Shown one piece after another: positions 39,134 through 49,022 of a stretch of DNA of 64,000 bases. The stretch is from an uncultured bacterium (lineage in GTDB: Bacteria > Joyebacterota > Joyebacteria > Joyebacterales > Joyebacteraceae), in NCBI GenBank assembly GCA_964399265.1, contig CAYNQF010000001.1, forward strand, positions 1,195 to 65,194. Direction: 5' to 3'. The notes beneath the pieces were generated by a model. That model did no database searches, was not told where the DNA came from, and saw nothing but the letters and a program-made list of their open reading frames with translations. The translations under genes were made by a program, and so were the position numbers. Each line of letters opens with the position of its first letter. Position 1 is the stretch's first letter.

Positions 39134-40816
39134 ATGAGCGGTGGCAAGGTCTTCACGTTCATCGTCGGAGGACGGGCGGGCGCCGGCGCCAAGAAGGCGG
39201 GGGCGGTGGCCTCCGACCTCTTCGCGTCGATGGGGCGACACGTCTTCCAGATGGACGATTACCAGAGCCTCATCAGGGGCGGTCACAACTTCATCGCTTC
39301 GAGCACGTCCATCGGCCCGGTGCTGAGCCACTACATGAAGGCCGATCTGGTGGTCGCGCTCGACAAACGCAGTCTGGAAACCCATCGCGACAACATCAGA
39401 AAGGGCGGAGTGCTCGTCTACAACTCGGACGAGGCCGACGAGGAAGCGGCCGAGGGCACCGCGGCCGGCACGGTCGTGGGCGTTCCCATGACGACCGAGG
39501 CCAAGAAGCACACCGACCCCGAGCTCAGGCTTGGCCTGGCCGGTCCGGCGTCGCTCGCCGCCGTGCTCGGAATGTCGCACGACGAACTCGACGAACTCAT
39601 CAGGAAGGGCTATCGGAGAGACCTCGAACAGAACTTGCCGTTCGCCGGAGCGGTCTACGACGCCGTTGCGGCGAAGGCGGCCGGTACGTTCTCATTGGAG
39701 AAGGGCGAGGTCGAGCTGCCGATGCTCACAGGGAACGAGGCCATCGCGCTCGGCGCGTGTGCTGCCGGGCTTGACCTCTACTTCGCGTATCCCATGACGC
39801 CGGCGAGCACCGTGCTCCACTTCCTGGCCGCCCACGACGAAGCGCTCGGCGTCGACGTCATGCACCCGGAGAGCGAGATCGCAGCGATCAACATCGCGCT
39901 CGGCGCCGCGGCGATGGGAGCGCGGGCGATGGTGGGAACGAGCGGCGGCGGATTCGCGCTCATGGAAGAGGCCTTCTCGCTCGCCGGCATGGCCGAGGTG
40001 CCGATACTCGCCGTTCTCTCCTCTCGACCCGGTCCCTCCACGGGCGTTCCGACCTACACCGAGCAGGCCGATCTCAGGTTCGCGTTGAGCCAGGGCCACG
40101 GCGACTTCGCGAGGGTCGTCGCGTCACCCGGCAGTGTGGAGGAAGCGTTTGCGCTGTCCGCTGAGATGCTGGCGCTCGCGTGGGAGTTCCAGGTGCCGTG
40201 CATTCTGCTCACCGAGAAGCACCTCTCCGAGAGCAGGGTGACCGCGGACATCGACCCGTCCTCCGCGGCCTGGGCGACGCCGGTCATGCACGAGGGAGGG
40301 GACTACAAGCGTTACAGAGAGACCGACAACGGAGTGTCGCCCCTCCTGTTCCCGCCGTCTGGCGAACTCATCAAGTGGACCAGCTACGAGCACGACGAAC
40401 TCGGACTGACCACCGAGAAAGCGACCGAGGTCGCTCGCATGCACGACAAGCGCGCCCGAAAACTGCCCGCCATCATCGAGAAGCTGAAGGGCATGACGAC
40501 GGTCAGGCGCTACGGGAACTCGGGGCCCACCATCGTGACGTACGGCTCGACCACGCTGTCCGTACGCGAGGCGCTCCGCGCCTCCGGCATCGAGGCCACC
40601 GTGGTGCAGCCGGTCTATCTGCAACCGTTCCCTAAGTGGGAACTCAAGGACATCCGCGGCACGTCGCCGGTCGTCGTGGAGCAGAGCTGCAGCGGGCAGT
40701 TCGCCACTCTCCTGTCCGACAAGCTGGGGACAGAGCCCTCGGCCGTGATCAGGAAGTACGACGGACGACCCTTCGAGCCCGACGATCTGGCGGAGGAACT
40801 GCGTAAGGTCCTTTGA
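39134..40816 (+). CDS. korA: 2-oxoacid:ferredoxin oxidoreductase, fused gamma-alpha subunit
   Basis: N-terminal gamma-like domain, then an alpha domain with the TPP/transketolase-like fold (GNEAIALGA...YPMTP). GGGAGGAG RBS. Confidence 0.85.
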   Translation: MSGGKVFTFIVGGRAGAGAKKAGAVASDLFASMGRHVFQMDDYQSLIRGGHNFIASSTSIGPVLSHYMKADLVVALDKRSLETHRDNIRKGGVLVYNSDEADEEAAEGTAAGTVVGVPMTTEAKKHTDPELRLGLAGPASLAAVLGMSHDELDELIRKGYRRDLEQNLPFAGAVYDAVAAKAAGTFSLEKGEVELPMLTGNEAIALGACAAGLDLYFAYPMTPASTVLHFLAAHDEALGVDVMHPESEIAAINIALGAAAMGARAMVGTSGGGFALMEEAFSLAGMAEVPILAVLSSRPGPSTGVPTYTEQADLRFALSQGHGDFARVVASPGSVEEAFALSAEMLALAWEFQVPCILLTEKHLSESRVTADIDPSSAAWATPVMHEGGDYKRYRETDNGVSPLLFPPSGELIKWTSYEHDELGLTTEKATEVARMHDKRARKLPAIIEKLKGMTTVRRYGNSGPTIVTYGSTTLSVREALRASGIEATVVQPVYLQPFPKWELKDIRGTSPVVVEQSCSGQFATLLSDKLGTEPSAVIRKYDGRPFEPDDLAEELRKVL

Positions 40817-40843
40817 CGGAATCCTCCATGGGAGACGCCTGAA

Positions 40844-41689
40844 ATGACTAACAGAGACCTCGAAACCTACGCCGAGAACACGTGGTGTATGGGGTGCGGC
40901 AACTTCGGCATCCTGAACGCGGTCGGCGGCGCCGTGAAGCTTCTCGAGGAGCGGGGAGTTGGACGCGACCGTATCGTGATGACCGCCGGGATCGGGTGCC
41001 ATGCCAAGATCTTCGATTACGTGGCGCTGTCGGGGCTCTACTCGCTGCACGGACGCGCGATGGCGACGGCCCAGGGTATGAAGCTCGCAAACCCGGACCT
41101 CAAGGTCGTGGCGTTCTGCGGCGACGGAGACGCCTTCGGTGAGGGCGTCGCGCACATGATGCACGCCGCGAAGCGGAACGCGAACATCACCGTCGTCGTA
41201 CACGACAACGGCGTGTACGCGCTCACGACGGGGCAGCGCACTCCGACCAGTCCCCGCGGATTCGTGGGGCCCTCGACCCCTCACGGAAACCAGGAGGATC
41301 CGTGGAATCCTCTCGTGCTCATGCTCGAGGCCGGTGCGACCTTCGTCGCGAGGGGGTACTCGGGGAGGGTGGAGCAGCTGTCCGAGTTGATCGCCCAGGC
41401 GGTGGAGCACGACGGGTTCTCGTTCATCCAGGTCCTCCAGCCGAGCGTCACCTTTACCGACAGGTACGCCGAGTACAATGAGACGGTGAAGCCGCTCGAA
41501 GGCGGACCGCTTCCCTTCGACGAGGCGCTGGCGATGGCGCGGAAGACCGACGTGTTGCCCGTCGGCGTCTACTACCGCAGGAAGAAGACGCCGTACGAGA
41601 CCGAGCTCCTGGGGGAGCGCAACCCCTTCCGCGATCGCATGAGCCGGGAGGAGCGCATCGAGATGGTGAGAAAGGTGCTGGCCGGCTGA
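40844..41689 (+). CDS. korB: 2-oxoacid:ferredoxin oxidoreductase beta subunit (TPP-binding)
   Basis: CMGCGN motif and TPP-binding GDGD...N motif (GDGDAFGEGVAHMMHAAKRNANITVVVHDN). Confidence 0.85.
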   Translation: MTNRDLETYAENTWCMGCGNFGILNAVGGAVKLLEERGVGRDRIVMTAGIGCHAKIFDYVALSGLYSLHGRAMATAQGMKLANPDLKVVAFCGDGDAFGEGVAHMMHAAKRNANITVVVHDNGVYALTTGQRTPTSPRGFVGPSTPHGNQEDPWNPLVLMLEAGATFVARGYSGRVEQLSELIAQAVEHDGFSFIQVLQPSVTFTDRYAEYNETVKPLEGGPLPFDEALAMARKTDVLPVGVYYRRKKTPYETELLGERNPFRDRMSREERIEMVRKVLAG

Positions 41690-41780
41690 CCACGCGGTCG
41701 TTCGCTGTCGCGGCGCACGGCAGGCAACGAGTCGCGCCGGGCCGGCGGACAGCGCCTGAGGGTAGGAGCCCCGGGAGGTG

Positions 41781-42356
41781 ATGCCGGTGACGGTGAAGGA
41801 GACCATCGAGAAGAGAAGGGCGTACAGGTCCCTGGTGCCCGCGGACATTGACGACATGCTCGTGTCGGACCTCGTGGACTGCGCACGTCTGGCGCCGTCC
41901 TGCTACAACAATCAGCCGTGGAGGTACGTGTTCGTTCGGGAGCGGGAGGCCCTGGAGCGTGTATTCGTGGCGCTCTCAGACGGGAACAAGTGGGCCACTG
42001 CCGCCACGATGATCATCGGCGTCGCCAGCCGCTCCGACCTCGACTGCCGGATAGCGGGGCGGGAGTACTTCCTCTTCGACACCGGGATGGCCACCGCGTT
42101 CATCATACTGAGAGCCACGGAGCTGGGCCTTGTCGCTCATCCGATAGCCGGGTTCAGCGAGACGAAGGCCAAGGCGGCGATGCGCATTCCGGACGACATG
42201 CGCCTGATAGCGCTCGTGATCGTGGGCAAGCACTCGGACGTCATCGGACCGCTGCTCTCGGAGCACCAGGCCGAGGAAGAGCCGCAGCGTCCGGAGCGCA
42301 AGCCGTCGGGCGAAGTTGCTTTCGACGACCTATGGGGGGAGGCTTCCGATGACTAG
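41781..42356 (+). CDS. nitroreductase-family protein
   Basis: RRAYRS...CYNNQPWRYVFV FMN-binding signature. The start is ambiguous (GTG 41778, ATG 41781 or GTG 41787) relative to a GGGAGG RBS. Confidence 0.7.
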   Translation: MPVTVKETIEKRRAYRSLVPADIDDMLVSDLVDCARLAPSCYNNQPWRYVFVREREALERVFVALSDGNKWATAATMIIGVASRSDLDCRIAGREYFLFDTGMATAFIILRATELGLVAHPIAGFSETKAKAAMRIPDDMRLIALVIVGKHSDVIGPLLSEHQAEEEPQRPERKPSGEVAFDDLWGEASDD

Positions 42357-43122
42357 ATCAGCGGTCCGATTGAGCGAGCGCAGCGTCGTGGTGACGACGG
42401 CCCTCGCGCTTGCCGCGGCGTTTCTGTTCGCTTCTGCGGGATGCGCCGGAGGCGAGAAGGCCGACAATGAGCGTTCGGCGGCCGCGGACAGCCTCTCGGC
42501 CGGAGCGGCGTCGCAGGAGATGACAGAGTACGAAGGCATTCCCCTCAGCACGTACTACCGCGAGTACGACAACTCGATCAAGGGACCTCAGGAGATCGAC
42601 CTCGATACCTATAGGCTCGATGTCACCGGGCTTGTCGAGCACCCTCTCTCGCTTACCTACGACGAGGTGCTGGACCACGACCCGCAGACCAGGCTCCTGA
42701 CGCTTTTCTGCGTCGAGGGATGGCAGGAGAGACTGGTGTTCGAGGGCGTGAGACTGGCCGACGTGCTCACCGCGGCCGGGCCCAAGCCCGGAGTCAAGAC
42801 GATCATCTTCCGGGCCGCCGACGGCTACTCGACATCTCTGCCATACGATGACGTGGACAGGCTTGACCTGATGCTCGCCGCCAGGATCAACGGGTTGCCC
42901 CTGGACGCGATGCGCGGCATGCCGTTCCAGCTCGTGGCCGACACCAAGCAGGGCTACAAGTGGATCAAGTGGCTGACCTCCATCGAACTCTCGGACAAGC
43001 CGTTCTCGGGATTCTGGGAGTCCCGCGGGTACTCTAACGTGGCCGACGTTCAGAAGAGCCGTATAGAGCGTGAGGCCCGCCTCATAGAGGAGAGAGAGCC
43101 CTCGAGCCCAACGCCCGATTGA
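42349..43122 (+). CDS. sulfite-oxidase-family molybdopterin oxidoreductase (YedY/MsrP-like catalytic domain) lipoprotein
   Basis: Lipobox FASAGC. Mo-domain motifs (LFCVEGWQER..., GYKWIKW). Overlaps the nitroreductase gene by 8 nt. No twin-arginine motif seen. Confidence 0.7.
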   Translation: MTRSAVRLSERSVVVTTALALAAAFLFASAGCAGGEKADNERSAAADSLSAGAASQEMTEYEGIPLSTYYREYDNSIKGPQEIDLDTYRLDVTGLVEHPLSLTYDEVLDHDPQTRLLTLFCVEGWQERLVFEGVRLADVLTAAGPKPGVKTIIFRAADGYSTSLPYDDVDRLDLMLAARINGLPLDAMRGMPFQLVADTKQGYKWIKWLTSIELSDKPFSGFWESRGYSNVADVQKSRIEREARLIEEREPSSPTPD

Positions 43123-43260
43123 CGATTCCCACCGCGTGGTTTACTGTCCCAGTAATATCCGGGGGAGCCTAGGATGGGCCTCCCCGTGTCGGTTCCGTCT
43201 GCGGCGGACTCGCGCGCGGCAGTCACGCGCGTGCCGTCCCGGTCTCGCGCTGGAGGTGCG

Positions 43261-44103
43261 ATGAGGTCCACGTTCTTCTGTCATGTCTTCGCGGCGGCCA
43301 TGATCCTGGCGGCCACCGCCTCGGCCGCCCCCATAGTCGGCGCCAGCGCCAACACGCTTCCGGCGGGCCAGTTCATGATAGACGGGTGGTTCACCTGGCG
43401 GGACTACACATGTATGTACGAGGACAGCTCGGAGACCTGGTACACGTTGTCGTCGGAGCGGACGATCACCTCCGGCACGCTCATGCCGAGGGTGTGCTAC
43501 GGCTTGACCGACTGGGTCTCCCTTCGCGCGGGCGTTTCCATAGAGGACAGATACCGGGAGTTCAAGGACTTCGACGAGACCCGGTCGAGCACAGGCGTCG
43601 GTGACTTCGTTTTCGACCCAAAGATCAAGGTCTACCAGGGCGAGGAGGGATACCCACGCGCCTCGCTCATCGTCGGCGTGCGCATCCCCACGGGCGACAC
43701 CGAGGCCGACGTCCCGCTTTCGGACGGATCGACCGACTACGTCGCCGGGGCCGCTCTCACTCACAAGGCCGGAGACGTGACGACGCACGTCTGTCTCACG
43801 TACTGGCTGAACGGAGAGGGCGACGATGGAGCCGACGTCAAGGACGTGTGGGTCGGGAGCCTGTCGCTCGAGACCACGATAGACGAGAGTTGGTCAATGC
43901 TGTGGGAGGCGAAGGCGTACGCCGGGTCGGAGGATTCCGACTACCGGCGTCTCTACGCGTGCCCAGGTATCTCCTGGAACGGAGAGCACGCGACGGTGGG
44001 CCTGTCGGCCATGATATCGGCCTACCGCAAGGGCGACCCCGCGGTCAGCGCGTCCGATTTCGACTGGGCGCCGTACGTCCGCTACTACTACCGCTTCTTC
44101 TAG
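43261..44103 (+). CDS. putative outer-membrane beta-barrel protein
   Basis: Signal peptide, alternating amphipathic strands and C-terminal YYYRFF. GGAGGTG RBS. Confidence 0.5.
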   Translation: MRSTFFCHVFAAAMILAATASAAPIVGASANTLPAGQFMIDGWFTWRDYTCMYEDSSETWYTLSSERTITSGTLMPRVCYGLTDWVSLRAGVSIEDRYREFKDFDETRSSTGVGDFVFDPKIKVYQGEEGYPRASLIVGVRIPTGDTEADVPLSDGSTDYVAGAALTHKAGDVTTHVCLTYWLNGEGDDGADVKDVWVGSLSLETTIDESWSMLWEAKAYAGSEDSDYRRLYACPGISWNGEHATVGLSAMISAYRKGDPAVSASDFDWAPYVRYYYRFF

Positions 44104-44169
44104 ACGGTCTTCCGTGGGCCGCCCCGGCTCGCGGGAGGGCAGTTCCCCCCATCTGACGGAGGCGTTCTA

Positions 44170-44286
44170 ATGCCAGGACCGCTCGGTCTTCCGTGGTCGA
44201 CCTTCTCGGCGCTCCTCGTCGTCGCGGCGAGTATCGTGCTCTCAGTTGCGTGGGCGCTGATCGCCGTGAGAAGGGGACGGGAATGA
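44170..44286 (+). CDS. 38-aa single-pass membrane protein, putative small subunit of the downstream sodium:solute symporter
   Basis: Not in the ORF track. GGAGG lies 8 nt upstream of ATG 44170. The sequence MPGPLGLPWSTFSALLVVAASIVLSVAWALIAVRRGRE has a hydrophobic core. Its TGA overlaps the transporter ATG (ATGA). Confidence 0.45.
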   Translation: MPGPLGLPWSTFSALLVVAASIVLSVAWALIAVRRGRE

Positions 44287-45752
44287 GCAGCGTCGGCGTA
44301 TACACCCTCGTCATGGGCGCCTACCTCGTGCTGCTCGTACTGATGGGCGCTCTGATGGCGAGGCGGACCAGGAACGCTGAGGACTTCTACATCGGGGGGC
44401 GTCAGGTCGGCCCGTGGGTTACGGCGTTCTCGTTCGTGGCAGCCTACTTCAGTTCCGTGGTCATCGTAGGGGGAGGCGCGTTCGGGTACAGGTTCGGCAT
44501 GTCGACATTGTGGGTTGCCGCGTCGAACGTCCTGATCGGATGCACGCTGGTGTGGATCGTGATGGGCCGGAGGCTCTGGCAGTTCACGAAGCGCCTGAAC
44601 GCGATGACCATCCCCGGGTTCATAGGACGGCGGTACGGGGCGCGCGAGGCCGAGGTGATATCGGCCGTCATCATCTTCGCGTTCATGATCGTCTACAACG
44701 TGAGCGTGCTCGTCGGGATGGGTCGCATCATGGAAGGCCTGATGGACATCCCTTACACGACGGCCGTCCTGATATCCGGTCTGATCATACTCATCTACGT
44801 CTCGATCGGCGGTTACCTCGCGGTCGTCTGGACGAGCTTCGTTCAGGCGTGGATCATGATCTTCGGTCTCCTCCTGCTGGCGTTCGCCACGTTGCGCGCC
44901 GTCGGCGGGTTCGCCGCGGGGACGGCCGCGTTGGCGGCACTCGACAGGGGGTTCGTGAGCACGCCGGGCGTGTGGGGGTGGAGCGGGCTCCTGTCGTTCG
45001 CCCTCATCGTGAGCCTCGGCGTGTGGGGAATGCCGCAACTCCTGGTGCGCTTCTACTCAATGAAGAACACGAAGGTGCTGCGACTCGGGACGGTGCTCGC
45101 CACTCTCGGCGGGGCGATGGCGGTCCTGCCCTACATGACGGGCGCTCTGAGCAGGCTCGTTCTGCCTGCTCTGGAGAACCCCGACCTGGCCATCCCGATG
45201 CTCACCGAGCGCGTCCTGAACCCGTGGGGCGGCGCCGTCTTCCTCGCCGGCGTCATGGCGGCGGGGATGTCGACGTTCGCGTCCGTGCTCATCATCGTGA
45301 GCGGCGCCATCGTCAAGGACCTGCGCAGGGGAGTGACCCACGGAGAGCGCGCCGGTGGCGGTCCCGCGGCTCCGGGCGAAGAGAAGAGAGAGGTCCTCTA
45401 CGGCAGACTGGCGAGCCTTGGAGCGGGCCTGATCTCGCTCCTGATTGCATACAGACCTCCAGCGCTGGTCCTCGTCATAACGGCCTTCGCCTGGGCCGTG
45501 ATAGCATCGTCGTGTCTCTGGCCGGTCGTGCTGGGGGTCTACTGGAAACGCGCCACCAGGGCCGGCGTAACGTCGTCCATGCTCGTAGGTGCCGCGGTAT
45601 CGCTCGGCTGGATGGCGGCGGGCAAGCCGTTCGGCATACACGGGTTCATCCCCGGAGTGGCGTCCTCACTGGTCGTTCTCGTCGTCGTGAGTCTGGTGAC
45701 CAGGCCGCCGGCCAGGGCGATCATCGACAGGGCCTGGGGGACCGGAACTTGA
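44283..45752 (+). CDS. sodium:solute symporter (SSS) family transporter
   Basis: 13-TM SSS architecture. N-terminal DFYIGGRQVGPW...SYFSS signature. Confidence 0.85.
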   Translation: MSSVGVYTLVMGAYLVLLVLMGALMARRTRNAEDFYIGGRQVGPWVTAFSFVAAYFSSVVIVGGGAFGYRFGMSTLWVAASNVLIGCTLVWIVMGRRLWQFTKRLNAMTIPGFIGRRYGAREAEVISAVIIFAFMIVYNVSVLVGMGRIMEGLMDIPYTTAVLISGLIILIYVSIGGYLAVVWTSFVQAWIMIFGLLLLAFATLRAVGGFAAGTAALAALDRGFVSTPGVWGWSGLLSFALIVSLGVWGMPQLLVRFYSMKNTKVLRLGTVLATLGGAMAVLPYMTGALSRLVLPALENPDLAIPMLTERVLNPWGGAVFLAGVMAAGMSTFASVLIIVSGAIVKDLRRGVTHGERAGGGPAAPGEEKREVLYGRLASLGAGLISLLIAYRPPALVLVITAFAWAVIASSCLWPVVLGVYWKRATRAGVTSSMLVGAAVSLGWMAAGKPFGIHGFIPGVASSLVVLVVVSLVTRPPARAIIDRAWGTGT

Positions 45753-45875
45753 GTCCGGCGCGAGTGTCGTTGCTCTCGCTCCTCTTGACGTTGGGGGCGC
45801 GGTCGTGAATCAGGCGCGCATGCTGAGATTCCTTCTCATCATGAGCATCGTCCTCATCATTGCGGGCGTAGTCAG

Positions 45876-46826
45876 GTGTTCAATGGAGATCACGAGCCCA
45901 CGTCCGGAGAGCGGCGGGGCGGAGCAGAGCGAGCGGAGACAGGAAGAGGTGTGAAGAGAGTCAGCCGCGGCATCAGAAGACGAGCCATCAAGTGGACGAG
46001 GTCGGCGCGCTCTCTTGGACCCAGGGAGTACGGGCGTCTCGTCGACTACCACATACACACGAGACTCTGCGGCCACGCCGTGGGAGAGCCGGAGGACTAC
46101 GTAAGAGAGGCGATAGCGCGGGGACTCTCGGAGATAGGTTTCGCCGACCACATGCCGCTTCTCAGGATGCGTGACGACAGACTGACGATGGCTCCGGATG
46201 ATCTGCCTCGCTACGTGGACATGATCCGCGACCTTCAGGCGTCGGTCGACGAGATAGGCGTGAAGCTCGGTGTCGAGATGGACTATTTCTCGGGACAGAT
46301 GGACGAGATATGGGAAGTCGCGTCGAGGTTCGAGTTCGACTACGTGTACGGTTCGGTCCACTACATAGACGGATGGGGCTTCAGTGACAGCAGGCACCTT
46401 TCGAGCTACCAGGGCAAGGACCCCGACGAGACCTACGCGCGCTACTTCGACCTGTTCTGCGAGGCCGTGACAGAGGGAGGGTTCGACGTGATGGCTCACC
46501 CTGACCTCGTCAAGAAGCACGGTATCACTACGAGCCTCTCGCTGGACGAGATGTACCGGATGGCCGCCGGGGCGCTCGCTTCGGCCGACGTGGCCGTCGA
46601 GGTGAACACGTCCGGGCTTAGGAAGCCGGCGCTCGACATCTACCCGAGTCTCCCGTTCCTCCAGGCTTGCCGCGAACGGGGCGTGGCGGTGACGCTGGGT
46701 TCGGATGCGCACGCGCCGCGACAAGTCGGCATGGACTACGACCTCGCGCTGCGCCTGCTCAGGCGGGCCGGCGTGGCCGAGATCGCGACATTTGAGTCAC
46801 GCAGAAGGACGATGCGCAGCCTATGA
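45876..46826 (+). CDS. PHP-family histidinol-phosphatase (HisJ/HisK-like)
   Basis: DYHIHT...GFADHMP...HYIDGWG metal-binding His/Asp motifs. The true start is probably downstream (e.g. GTG 45951). Confidence 0.7.
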   Translation: MFNGDHEPTSGERRGGAERAETGRGVKRVSRGIRRRAIKWTRSARSLGPREYGRLVDYHIHTRLCGHAVGEPEDYVREAIARGLSEIGFADHMPLLRMRDDRLTMAPDDLPRYVDMIRDLQASVDEIGVKLGVEMDYFSGQMDEIWEVASRFEFDYVYGSVHYIDGWGFSDSRHLSSYQGKDPDETYARYFDLFCEAVTEGGFDVMAHPDLVKKHGITTSLSLDEMYRMAAGALASADVAVEVNTSGLRKPALDIYPSLPFLQACRERGVAVTLGSDAHAPRQVGMDYDLALRLLRRAGVAEIATFESRRRTMRSL

Positions 46827-48307
46827 ACGACGAACTGCACGCAACACCCCCGGCAAGCCCGCCCGAGCCCGCGGAGCCGGTGTCACAGAAGCCGGACGGG
46901 CACGAGTCCGGGATCGGACCCGAGGCCGTGGAGGAGCGGGCCATCAATCCGCTGGCCGCCCTCACCATGGTCCTGGTCTTCCCGGCGCAGACGTTCAGGC
47001 GCCTGATGCTCAGGCCGAACTGGATAGTGCCTTTGCTCTTCGTGATCCTGTCGGTCCTGGTGAGGCGCATACTGACGGTGCAGACCGGGTTCATGGACGA
47101 GGTGTTGCGGGACCAGGCCGTTCTGACCGGAGGGGCCATCGCCGACCTCAGGAGCGCGGCGATGGTCTTCAGCGTAGTGACGGCCCTCGTGTCCGTGCCG
47201 GTCGTGACGGTGATCCAGACCCTCTTCCTGATGCTTTTCGCCAGGGCGTTCGGCGGAAGCGCCAGGTTCCAGAGCGCGTTCTCGGCGGTTGCGTATGCGT
47301 CGGTGCCCGTCGGCGTGGGGGCGCTGGCGCTGTCGGCCCTGCTTCCACTCACACACTCGGCGACGCTCGGAGCCAACCTGGCGGCGCTCCTGCCCGCGAA
47401 CAGCAGCCCCTTTCTCGTGAGTCTCGGCATGGAGCTGGACCTCTTCTACCTGTGGTTCTTCGTCCTTCTGGGCATCGCGGCGGTCCCCGTCTTCGGGCTC
47501 CCGAAGCCGCGCGCGAGGCTCGCCGCCGCTGTCTTCGCGGTCTTCTTCGTGCTGGTTATGAGCTGGATAGGCTCCGGGTCTCCGGCGGAGGGCGAGAGCC
47601 CACTCCACGGATGGAAGACCGTGGATACAGAGGAGGTCTCGATGCACTTCCCGGAGGACACGCCCGGCGAAGTCGTGGACGAGGCCATTCTCGCGGCCGA
47701 CTCGGCGGTGGAACGGACGCGCGGAGTCGTGGGGGCGTCCTTCGGACGAATAGACTGCTACGTGTATCCGTCCTTGGGAGAGAAGACGAGAATCACCGGC
47801 AACGCCGCCCTCGCGAACCGTGTCGCATGGGCGGACGCCGTGCACGTGGCCTGGGAGGGGCACGCCGAAGTGGAGCTTGCCAGGGAAGTGGCCAGGGTGG
47901 GCGGTGCGCGGGCGCTCGGCAGGATGTATAATCCGTTCCTCGCGGACGGTCTGGCCGTCTACGTGGGACGCCTGGTCGCCGGAAAGCCTGTTGCAGAGGT
48001 CGCGGCGGAGTTGCATATTGAAGGTTCACTGCCGGATCTCAGCACCCTGGTCGATCCGGCCATGTACACCGCCACGCGGGGCACGATCGGTGATGCGGCC
48101 GCGGGTTCGTTCACCTCGTTCATGTTGGACGACCTGGGCCGCGAGTCGTACAGGGAGTTGTATTCCTACGTGTCGCGCACTCAGGTCCCGGCGAGGGGGG
48201 CGCTCGAGCGTGCGTTCTCGGACTCCCTCGGCACCATCGAGCAGAGATGGACTTCGTATATCATGCAGCATGCTGCGACACCCGGTGACCCGCCGCCGGC
48301 CGACTGA
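46823..48307 (+). CDS. Yip1-domain membrane protein with C-terminal soluble domain of unknown function
   Basis: Five TM helices in the Yip1 arrangement after a Pro-rich N-terminus. The C-terminal ~250 aa have no recognised motifs. Confidence 0.5.
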   Translation: MNDELHATPPASPPEPAEPVSQKPDGHESGIGPEAVEERAINPLAALTMVLVFPAQTFRRLMLRPNWIVPLLFVILSVLVRRILTVQTGFMDEVLRDQAVLTGGAIADLRSAAMVFSVVTALVSVPVVTVIQTLFLMLFARAFGGSARFQSAFSAVAYASVPVGVGALALSALLPLTHSATLGANLAALLPANSSPFLVSLGMELDLFYLWFFVLLGIAAVPVFGLPKPRARLAAAVFAVFFVLVMSWIGSGSPAEGESPLHGWKTVDTEEVSMHFPEDTPGEVVDEAILAADSAVERTRGVVGASFGRIDCYVYPSLGEKTRITGNAALANRVAWADAVHVAWEGHAEVELAREVARVGGARALGRMYNPFLADGLAVYVGRLVAGKPVAEVAAELHIEGSLPDLSTLVDPAMYTATRGTIGDAAAGSFTSFMLDDLGRESYRELYSYVSRTQVPARGALERAFSDSLGTIEQRWTSYIMQHAATPGDPPPAD

Positions 48308-48321
48308 GAGGAGAAGCGACA

Positions 48322-49002
48322 TTGGGAACGGGATTCTTTACGAGCGTGGGTCAGTCGGGGTTCGTTGGGCAGGCTATCGTGATCCTGCTGCTCTTCGTAT
48401 CCATATACTCCTGGGCCATCATCTTCCAGAAGCAGGGCATGTTGAGACGCGCCGTCAGGAGATCGGCGGCTCTGCGTGAGCAGTTCGAGAGCGACCCCGA
48501 CGGCACGATCAACCACTACGCCGACCGGAGTCGCTTCGAGGACTCGCCGTTCGCGGCGGTGCTCGACGCGGCGCTCCACGAGCTGTCTCTTCTCCTTGGT
48601 CGTGGTGGTTCCGCTCAGGCAAGAGGAGAGCTGTCGATGGTGCACGTCGACGGCGTCGAGCGGAAGCTTGAGAGCACCGTCTCGGAGCAGGCCATCGAAC
48701 TCAAGAAGTACCTGATCGTCCTGGCGACGACGGCCGGAGTGGCCCCGTTCGTCGGCCTCTTCGGAACGGTGTGGGGCATCATGAAGGCGTTCGCGGCGAT
48801 GTCGGTCACCGGGAGCGCCAGCATCAGCAGTGTCGCGCCCGGCGTGTCGGCCGCGCTCACGACCACGGTAGCGGGCCTCGCGGTCGCCATACCGGCGCTC
48901 GTGGGCTACAACTATCTGATGAGCAAAGTCCGCACGCTGACCATCGGGATGGAGAACTTCTCCTCCGACATCATCATCACGATCGAGCGGAACTTCGGCT
49001 AG
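48322..49002 (+). CDS. tolQ: MotA/TolQ/ExbB proton-channel protein
   Basis: Three TM helices with the TTAGVAPFVGLFGTVWGIM signature. TTG start. Confidence 0.8.
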   Translation: MGTGFFTSVGQSGFVGQAIVILLLFVSIYSWAIIFQKQGMLRRAVRRSAALREQFESDPDGTINHYADRSRFEDSPFAAVLDAALHELSLLLGRGGSAQARGELSMVHVDGVERKLESTVSEQAIELKKYLIVLATTAGVAPFVGLFGTVWGIMKAFAAMSVTGSASISSVAPGVSAALTTTVAGLAVAIPALVGYNYLMSKVRTLTIGMENFSSDIIITIERNFG

Positions 49003-49022
49003 TCGCCGGGAGAGGTCGCGAG

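Noticed and set aside
40124-41857. 577-aa minus-strand ORF
   Set aside because: Antisense to korA and korB, both of which have unambiguous TPP/OFOR motifs on the + strand.
45820-45954. 44-codon hydrophobic small ORF upstream of the PHP phosphatase gene
   Set aside because: No credible RBS and no coupling to the neighbour. It could equally be the 5' region of the phosphatase transcript, so it is not reported as a feature.
45810-46724. 304-aa minus-strand ORF
   Set aside because: Antisense to the PHP histidinol-phosphatase-like gene. Shadow ORF.
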